Below, in pieces: positions 55,215 through 64,000 of a stretch of DNA of 64,000 nucleotides. The stretch spans positions 10,292,001 to 10,356,000 of the forward strand of contig OZ260665.1 of NCBI GenBank assembly GCA_965285935.1. Reading direction: 5' to 3'. Position 1 is the first letter of the stretch; each line of letters opens with the position of its first letter. A program made the translations under genes and the position numbers. The DNA is from Ophelia neglecta (taxonomy: Eukaryota). Below the pieces are notes generated by a model. The model searched no databases, was not told where the DNA came from, and saw nothing but the letters and a program-made list of their open reading frames with translations.

Positions 55215-55312
55215 CATTGCTAGTTGTTGTATCATTGGTAGTTGTTGTATCATTGTTAGTGATTGTATCCCTGGTAGTGATTGTATCATTGGTAGTGATT
55301 GTATCATTGTTA
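55215..55312. repeat. 18-bp tandem repeat (gtagtgattgtatcattg)
   Basis: About five units; explains overlapping repetitive ORFs at 55096-55476. Confidence 0.85.
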
Positions 55313-56561
55313 GGCAGTAAAATAGTGATACAATATGTACAAATCTTGGCAAAATGGAGTAGTATAAGTTGGTTAAACAAGCCAGCTGTGTGAATATTAT
55401 TTCCTGCAGATGAAAGAAGTACCTGAACAGGATCACCGGAGGGCCAGGCACAAATCCGCCACTGCCCAAAGTTCAAAGATTTGAGATTTTGCTAGATCAA
55501 GTTAAATCTAGATAATCGTGGGTCAAGGTCGCCTGTTGTAACAATGACGTCATTGGATGACGCGAGACCCTCGTGAAGGGCTGGGCTCTGCACGTGCTGT
55601 GCCTGACCTCCTGCCTGGCAGTGCTAGCGTATCTGTTTGATTAAAACGGTGTGGAACATATATTTACATTTTGCCCCTCAGATCTCATGCGGTATTATCA
55701 GCTACCTTCGACTAGACCCCAGTCTTAAATTGTCATTTTGTTCGGTTTTACAGAGTATTAAAGCGTCGATTATAACATTCTCTTAACATTTCTGACCCGA
55801 TTCCACCATGCAGTTTAGTGGTTTTCTATGGTTCACTGATAGATACATGAAATAATTTCTATACCATTATTGTGTGCGTTCCAATTAATGTCCTTTAACC
55901 TGCTGTTCGGCCGCCTTCTCAATAAAGAGTGTAGGCCTAGATCGTTATCAACACTTATTATCTACCACAAACATAGGCCAAGACGCACAGGCAAAAGGGA
56001 CACCCCGCTACTTTTCCTCAGACTATTTTGATTCAATGATGATCGGAAGGTCAGGGTCGTTCAGGGTCGTTCTGGAGGGTGAGCGCGGGCCTTTTTGATG
56101 TTGGAAAACATATCGCTTTTAGCATTTAATTTCTATTCTATGCGAGTCATAAATTGGTCTGGAAGAGCACAGTTGATGGCAGATGTATGGCCAATATGTC
56201 GGTCGATCAGAAAGTTTCTTCATTTCAATTAAACTACAAACGCTAGCAATTTATTTTAATGTGTCTCACCTAATTTAAAACCGACAATGTCAGATGAGGC
56301 AAACTGTGCACCCTTTTGAGGAGGCCACAAGCGCTCCATCCCATCATCCCCTTCATAGAATGTAATACTTAGGCCTACTTCCTAAGGCGGTTCAATGGGG
56401 TCCGACGCTGGCTAACTATTTATGCATGAACCTTTTACACAGTGTATTTGTGTGTGTGTGTTCATTATACCTTGAGGGTCAGCAGTATATTTAAATGGAT
56501 AAATAGTTGGTTAAACTTTACCTTAAGACGGTTGACTGGAATTATTATCGACTGTCTGCGA

Positions 56562-59500
56562 ATTTACATGGCTGTGGCCGAAAGAAAGACAGCCACGATG
56601 GGTGAAGGTAGTGTACTGCACACACGTTTATTGTCGTGTTTGATTGGCTAATAATACAGGTCACATAGGGCAAACAAATGATATTATACTGCACGCTAGG
56701 TGTCGGTGAACACAACCAACTGCTTCGAGATTGAAGTAGTTATACTATGATTAGCATTTAAGTAGTTCCGAATACTACATCTCTCTTCTTTACAAAAAAA
56801 AAAGAAAAGTTTGATGGATCGCCTCATAGGCATATGGCTAGGCTTACACTGCCTATATCTGTGTCTGTTTTAAACTGCAAAATTATTGCATCTAAATGAT
56901 TGTCAATTGGAACAGTCTAGCAAAATACTAACACTATAAATGTTCTAACTGTAATACACTTAACATCTTAATTAATTCCGGCAGAGGTTACTAGCACATG
57001 CCGGTCAACTAAATAAAACTAAACACAATCATCTCTGTCCGAGATGTCACTGGCACACATAATCAGAATACCTGGAGGGCATCTTTACACATCTCCCACT
57101 GGATGTTACACGTTGTTCCTTCCGGGGGGAAGGCACGTTGACAGATGTTCGATTAGGTTCTCCCTTGATGTGTGCTCGGGAAAGAGTATCTGCTATACTC
57201 AAATACTTGCCAGGCACAAACTTCACATTCAGATTGTACCTCTGTAGGGTCATCATCATCCTTTGTAATCTGGGTGGAGCTTTGGCAATGGGTTTCTTGA
57301 GGATTGACTCCAGCGGACGATGATCAGAGTGCACCTCGACCTCCTTGCCATATATATATATTGGTAGAATTTCTCACATGCAAAGCAAATGGCCAGCATT
57401 TCCTTCTCTATTTGTGAGTAGTTCTCTTCGGCACTTGTGAGTGCTCTTGAAGCGTAAGCAATGGGACGACCCTGCTGTAGTAGACAGGACCCCAGGCCAT
57501 TCTGTGAGGCATCGGTCTGGATGGTCACCGTCTTGGTGACGTCATAAAACTGCAAACAGACGTCTCGTTCTAGTGCTGCTTTGATCTGGCTCAGCGCTTC
57601 TTCTTGTTCATGCTCCCATTTCCATTCAGAGTCATCTTTGAGAAGGTTCCTAAGAGGAGCAGTAATGGCTGACTCATTGGGAATGTACGATGCCAGATAT
57701 TGTACCATGCCAAGGAGACGCTTCAGGGCCACTGCATTTTCCGGCTTCGGCATCTAGCCAATGGCTTCGACCTTTGCTGGATCTGGTCTAAGTCCATCAG
57801 TAGTCACCAGATTTCCCATGTAGCTGACTTCTGGGACTCTAAACTGTATCTTCCCAGGGTTGAAACGCACATCTTTCTCCCTAGCTCTCTCCATCAGCTT
57901 GTGTATTATGCCATCATGTTCGGCGTCATTCTTTGCTGCGATGATGATGTCATCAACTATAACTTCCACCCCGGGATTATCTCCAAATGCCTCCTCATTA
58001 CGTTTCTGCATAACTTCGCTTGCTGAGCTTATGCCAAAAGGCATCCTGAGGAAGCGCTTTCTCCCCCATGGTGTGTGGAAGGTACACATATATGATGAGT
58101 TTTCCGTGAGCTTCACGTGCCAGTACCCATCCTTCATGTCGATGACAGTGAATATTTTCTTGCCCGCAAGCCTGCTCTGAACATCAGCTGGGGTAGCTAT
58201 TTCATATCTCTCACGCTTAATAGCCTTGTTGAGTGGCTTTGGATCCAGGCAGACCCTGAGAGTTCCATTCTTCTTCTCAGTGATTACAAGATTGTGGACC
58301 CAATCTGTAGGTTTGTCCACGCTGGCTATGATCCCTCTCTGCTCCAGCTTGTGCAAGGTATTCTTGAGCTGCTCATACCTGGCATAAGGTACCTTACGGG
58401 CTCGCTGAATGACAGGTGGTATGCTGCTATCCACCTCAATGTTGTATGGCTCCTGGTATTCACCAGTCCCATTGAATACATCCTTATACTGATGAAGCAA
58501 GCTCTCCTTGGTTAACAGCTGCTGTGACGTTACCTTGTTCACTCCGACTCGCTGCACCAGGTTCATCAATTCACATGCTCTACTGCCTAAGATAGTGATA
58601 TCTGAAGCACCGGTGACATAAAATTGTATGTCTTGCTTACAATTGGTCAGTGGGTTTGTGACTGATAAGTCCACACAGCCTAGTGGCTTAATTTGTGCAT
58701 TCCCAAAAGCTGTCAGGATAACGCCTGTTTTGTTCAACTGCTTGTTAGGACATAATTTCTTGAATACTCCCAATGGGAGGATGTTGGCATCTGCCCCTGT
58801 GTCCAGCTTAAATGACACCATTTGATTGTTGATCCTTAGCTTGGATTGCCATTCTGTCACATAGTCTATGACACCAATAAATAAGTCATCACACTGGTCA
58901 TCATCAACGCCGTCTTGAGGATTGTTCTGGACTACATGAACTTGTCTTCTGAACCCTCCTCCTTTACAGACTGCCGCAAAGTGATTCCATCCAGAGCATT
59001 TTGTACATTGCTTCTTAAAAGCTGGGCACTGCTTAGTTGGGTGTACTTTGCCACAAAACAAACAGGCTTTTGTTTTACTGGAACTCATTTGCGTGGCATG
59101 AGGGAGTGTGGGAGGCTGTTTCTTGGCTTTATTCTTAGACTTTTGTTTTGAAATGGCACCTACCGGAAGTGTGTTTCCGGTTGCCATGGCCTGCGCTTGC
59201 TTTTTACTGGTCTCAGCAGCCCTGCAGATGTCTAAGGCTTTGGCCAGAGTTAAATCAGTTTCACGGAGCATCCTTTCCCTGACTAAGTCCTGGCAGACCC
59301 CAAAAACAACCTTTGCTAGCTTGACTTCTTAGATCTGTCACCCACTGATCGATTGTTTCTGCCTCTTTTTGATTTCTGGACCAAAATTGGTATCTCTCAA
59401 ATACCACATTTTTTCTTGGTTCGCAATAATCTTTAAATTTTTTCAACACTACCTTGTAGTCGCTTTGATCCTCGCCTTCTCCGTATGTTAACGTCTTGTG

Positions 59501-59958
59501 TATTTCTTGCGCCTCTGGCCCAGCAGTGTGCAGGAGAATCGCCGCCTGTGTAGCCTTGGGTTTATCAGCTAACTCACACGCTGTGAAATACACGGTAAAC
59601 AGTTGCTCGAATCTCCGCCATGACTCAGCAACATTACCTGACACAAAGTTCATCGGCTCCGGGGGCTTGAAAACATTCATTCTGACAGGATCAGTGGTCC
59701 GCTTCTGACACCATGTCGTGTTTGTGGGCTATTTACATGGCTGTGGCCGAAAGAAAGACAGCCACGATGGGTGAAGGTAGTGTACTGCACACACGTTTAT
59801 TGTCGTGTTTGATTGGCTAATAATACAGGTCACATAGGGCAAACAAATGATATTATACTGCACGCTAGGTGTCGCTAGTTATCGGTGAACACAACAAACT
59901 GCTTCGAGATTGAAGTAGTTATACTATGATTAGCATTTAAGTAGTTCCGAATACTACA
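56562..59958 (-). mobile_element. Ty3/Gypsy LTR retrotransposon, internally deleted (no integrase)
   Basis: LTRs 59714-59958 and 56562-56779; PBS TGGTGTCAGAAGCG (59713-59700; tRNA-Leu-like); PPT AAAGAAGAGAGA next to 56779; gag, zinc knuckles, protease, RT, RNase H. Confidence 0.92.
57047..59680 (-). pseudogene. Disrupted gag-pol of the Gypsy element
   Basis: Gag from 59680 with a deletion near 59310; CLFCGKVH..C and CTKC..NHFAAVC knuckles; KLDTGA; VIVDDII; stop at 57754-57756; TDASQNGLG..YSQIEKEMLA; frameshift at a TA run ~57350; SDHRPL; integrase core absent. Confidence 0.88.
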
Positions 59959-61135
59959 CACCTAACGTTGTAGTTCACTGGTCAATAGTTTAGGTAAATG
60001 TTCTTTAGGCCTATAACACTATGGGAAATGGTCAAACAGGTAGCTCCAGCAGGAGTACTAGAACTACTTTAAACGTTGCTTGTAGATAGATGCTTGTGGG
60101 CTTTGTAGGCTTCCTTATTAAAGAGGTGTGTGTGTTTGGGGGGGGGGGTATTCCTTGAGGGGAGGGGGTGGTTAGGTGCATGGGGACTGTGATGATCTGT
60201 GGTCGACGCAAAAATCATGTTAACCTTGAAATCAAATTGTGATTTTAGCCTATGAGAATCGTGGAACAAGAATTGACCGACCACGTGTTCTTTGTTCAGA
60301 TCAATGGCCAATCTGCCCACAAAAGTTCAAAAGTTAATATTAACTCAAGGGAACCGTTGGCATTTTCCCTGAAATTTGGATACTGACACTTAACCAGTCG
60401 CCGCCCCCGCCACGCCACCCCCCCCCAGCCGCACACAAAAAAAAAGCTAATGGGCAAATAAAGTAGCATGCATGTAGTATTCAATCCCCGTCCCCCGCCG
60501 ACCACAGGAGCTTGTCGTTGGATCTGTCGATATCAATAAGAAAGTAAACGACACGGCCGGCTTTTACCTTATCATGTGTTATGTACCATTATTTGCAGCA
60601 CCGACATCCCTATGAGAGGAACGTAGCAAATTTGGCATACCGCTAGGGGGCGTGAGCGGGGTCATATTAAGATAGAGTGCCAAGCTGAAATATATGTGGT
60701 TGCCCTGGTAACGACCTGGTCAGACTTAGAATGCCTTTGTCCCGTTGCCCTATACCTATCTGAATGGACATGCTGTAATCATTCATGTAGGGCAGGCGAT
60801 GATCAAACCATCGGTTACCAAGGAAACATACACATTTTTTAGATTATGTCTTCGATTGCTTGTGATGCAAGGCTGCTGCTAGGCCAAGTGACAAATCCCC
60901 CTCCATCAGGAGATGTAGGTATCACCATGATGCTGACCGTAAAGCCTTGGCGATAAGACTCCGGATGAGTCACAAGCAAACATCAGTAAATAGAATATTT
61001 TCAATTAAATTTTGCATTTTAAAATAAAAATTGACATAAGATGTATTCAATGTGTATGATAATATACCTCGATTGATAGGTTATTATGTATAACAATTTG
61101 GAAGAATTCAATACATTAATAACAGCTTTAGGTCT

Positions 61136-61550
61136 GATTAATTGAAATGATTGAATGTTTTTTTTATTTTGCAAATAAATTTACACGGACGCTAGCAATA
61201 GCCTCTGGGCCGTAGGTGTAAGACGCCTAATACCATTACATCTAGATACTTTTAAACAAAATACATAAACATGGCTCCTTATATTAGTTTAGTAGCAGCA
61301 TCTTATAGTTATTTAGGGGGTCTAGGTTCAACTTCAATCATTTTGTTATGAATTGAGTATAGCTTGTAAGGGGCTGCCTGCTACATGATATTTGTTCTCC
61401 TGGGGCCGAGATGAATGGCATTACTCTCTCTTGCATAGTAAGGATGAACCTCGTGATTTATTTGCAAGGATGAGATAATATTTACTGGACATTCTTTAAG
61501 CAATATTTTATGTAACAATTTTACTCCTTGTAAAGCATACAGATCGGAGA
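61136..61550 (-). mobile_element. 5'-truncated LINE insertion specific to the inverted arm
   Basis: Absent at the matching C1 position (~46167); ORF2-like LSDLYALQGVKLLHK..NHEVHPY; A-rich/(tcaa)n tail; GTCT on both sides. Confidence 0.65.
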
Positions 61551-61842
61551 GTCTAAATATATATGTCCATACCACTTAAGTAACCGTATTGGAGAGTCCA
61601 ATGCGCATATGACCATAACATACTAGATGTGGCCAACTTTCTTCAATTTTCATCCAATATACATAAAGCGATTTTGCAAAAGGATTATGTACCAATAATC
61701 CAAAACATCAATATATACTTTCTTTTTAATTCAGTAAATCGACATATCTGAATCAAAAGTTCGAATTTGAATCAAACTGACACAATGGTCAAATTTAAAA
61801 TATTAAAATAGAATTGCATTGTAATTCAGATATTTTATATGA

Positions 61843-63728
61843 TTAACAGTCGCCTTGATGACCATACAGCTCCCATCTCAAGCACGGACACCAGTTGTAG
61901 TACACCACATACAGTCGAACCCTACGAGCTTTCATTGTGGGACGAAGTGTCTGTCTGACCATAGAGTTCATGTCCGAATTACCACCAAATACCGGAAATA
62001 ATCATAGGAAAGCCTTATTAATGTTCATGTGCATTTTGCAAAACAAGTTAGATATTTGCTCATCAAACTATGTATTTATTAAAATAAACAGCTAGAAAAT
62101 AATTATTAGCGAGTTCCCCTGCAATAGCCGTTGGGACAAGTGTTGTTATTTTTTTTACTTAAGGGTGCCTTTGCTAGAACTATTAGTTTTAAATTGAGGT
62201 ATTTCCTATCCAATTTTACTGGATTCTACCATTAAGAATAGGCCAAGCAAAGCGCTGGAAGGTGCTGCAGCGGTAGGGCTTTAATACAGCATAATAAAAA
62301 ACCCAACACATCCTGCTTTACAACAATTTGTACTACAATACGGCCACAGTTCATGGTGCAGGCCAAGATAGCGATTGGCGAGGGTTTTGCTGGATTACTA
62401 TATTGCCAGAAAAAAAACTGTTCAGCAAGCTGTGATCTGCCGGAAGTAGTTTATCACGCCGAACCAAATAATCCCACGAATTGGCAATAATTTCGGAACA
62501 GCTAACCGAGGCCGGTTAACCATGTCGCCCTCACGTGCGCTCACACGTGTCAACAGTATTTATAATGCATAAAAACAACCCAGAAACCATCGGCTACATC
62601 AGCGGGGTGTCTTGGTAGGCTCCATACTGACAGCCAGCAAAGTATAAGCCGATAGTTTTGTCACCAGGTTTTTGGATTTGTCCGCGCAATCGGCGATATA
62701 GGATACTGGACCTGCTAATTTCAGCAGAACAGATGCAGATTGCTGTAGAAATGAGACCAGTCTAAATATCCCAACCGCAGGCCAACACAGAATGGTCGTT
62801 AAATGAATGTTTCAAGATAACCTTATGTCGCTCAGATATTTGATCCAAATAGTAGCGAAGCTCATTTCCGTCGTAGGAAGCTAGTTTGTATGAAGTCACA
62901 TATTGGGAGAAAGGGAGATCTCCTCTCCCTTGGGTGGCTATGCTGTCAATTGTCATGAATTTCCCGAGATCAGCCTAAAACAAATAAAGTTTCAACAAAA
63001 AATACCATGAAAAAAAAGCAAATTTGAATTATATAGGTGCGATGAGAGTGTTTGGGAAAGTTTGGGGTTAAGGGGATGGTTTGGGGCGGTGGGGGCTGGG
63101 GGATTAAATCATGGTCTAAAAACGTAATAAGTAGGGACAAATGCACCCATGACCCTTGTTTTAATCCCTATATTTTTAATTATGACGCGATGACTTGGAC
63201 TCAATTACAACAATTGCGAAACGATAGCCTTCGCTTAAGTACCATGTGTGCACCCCGGCGAATTTGGCTAGGTTCCAATGGTTTGTATGTAAAGCTGGGA
63301 CATTGGCTTTTAAGTCGAATTTCTCCTGAATAGGTAGCATTTAGAGGATTTGTGGGAAAGTAAATAATATCATCGCAATGTTTTATTTGTTTGAAAATAA
63401 CTAGATAAATTTCGCATGGCAATGAACCCGCCACCTAAGTCGTTTGAATGTTTGTCAACCTACTCTAATCTCATATACATTGGTTAAATGCAGTGATATT
63501 GGCATATATGCTTGTTGGTATTAAGTTACATTAAATTTGCTTGTTGACTTCTACCGAAAGAATCCATTCCTATCCGAGGGCATATATCTAAAGAAGTACA
63601 ATGAAGGGTATTTACATTTGAGAAAGACAAATGTTTGCTTACAATCGTGCATTAAAGTTTGCTGAATACTTGAAGGTTTTTACCGTAGCTTCTTTTCGTC
63701 TTTTCTCTGGAATCTCTGAGCAGATTTC
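61843..63728 (-). pseudogene. Gene C2: inverted paralog of C1 lacking exon 3
   Basis: Exon 2 63728-63684, exon 4 62974-62822, exon 5 61992-61843; ~1.3-kb deletion (C1 ~43146-44445) removes exon 3; exon-5 acceptor AG mutated to CG; exon 1 lies beyond the window. Confidence 0.85.
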
Positions 63729-64000
63729 CTATTTTTCACAGAATATAAACCATTATAATCAATGTTTACCATGGGTACGCAAATCTACAGTTAGCATTAC
63801 TCGCCTATATATAAATACATATTATTTATGTCTATATTTTAAAAATTGCAATTTCTTACCCAAATCCACTTCTTGTAGAATTTTTGGTCGATTAGGCAAT
63901 TGTTCTATAACATCAAATAGAATGAAATGCTACCAACATGTTTTTAGGAAAATGAACGTTAATTCCAACGGTTATAATATAACTGAAATATTAGAATAAG

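Larger units (their letters stand above)
60862..64000 (-). repeat. Inverted duplicate of the C1 region (~42333-46445)
   Basis: Reverse-complement matches throughout, e.g. ORFs 63631-63999(+) vs 42335-42703(-) and 62762-62956(-) vs 44670-44864(+); runs off the window end. Confidence 0.95.

Noticed and set aside
55096-55476. Thr-rich mucin-like and hydrophobic ORFs
   Set aside because: By-products of an 18-bp tandem repeat open in several frames.
57700-59708. Plus-strand ORFs overlapping gag-pol
   Set aside because: Antisense shadows of the retrotransposon coding frame.

Overview
AT-rich, intron-containing animal (invertebrate-type) genomic DNA; no rRNA, tRNA or CRISPR seen. (1) ~0.13-11.9 kb: a decayed Academ(X)-type DNA transposon (DDE transposase plus XPG/PIN-like nuclease remnants) bounded by short TIRs. 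It has an OTU-like domain inside the transposase core, an SGNH-hydrolase exon, a PHD fragment and nested MITEs, and is followed by a 158-bp satellite. (2) ~14.7-46 kb plus an inverted copy at 61-64 kb: a cluster of 5-exon genes, invisible as long ORFs, encoding small secreted proteins (signal peptide + coiled coil + one discoidin/F5-8 type C domain + Cys-containing tail). Order is A1-B1-A2(pseudo)-B2-C1 ... C2(pseudo, inverted), built by a ~12.9-kb tandem duplication and an inverted duplication. Between recent paralogs, amino-acid changes cluster in the predicted ligand-binding loops, suggesting a diversifying family of soluble recognition proteins; this is the main finding. (3) Between the inverted arms lie a 12-exon CYP4-clan P450 gene (minus strand, one frameshift) and an integrase-less Gypsy LTR retrotransposon. 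All gene models were spliced by hand from GT-AG sites and phase consistency; family names come from motif recognition, not database searches.
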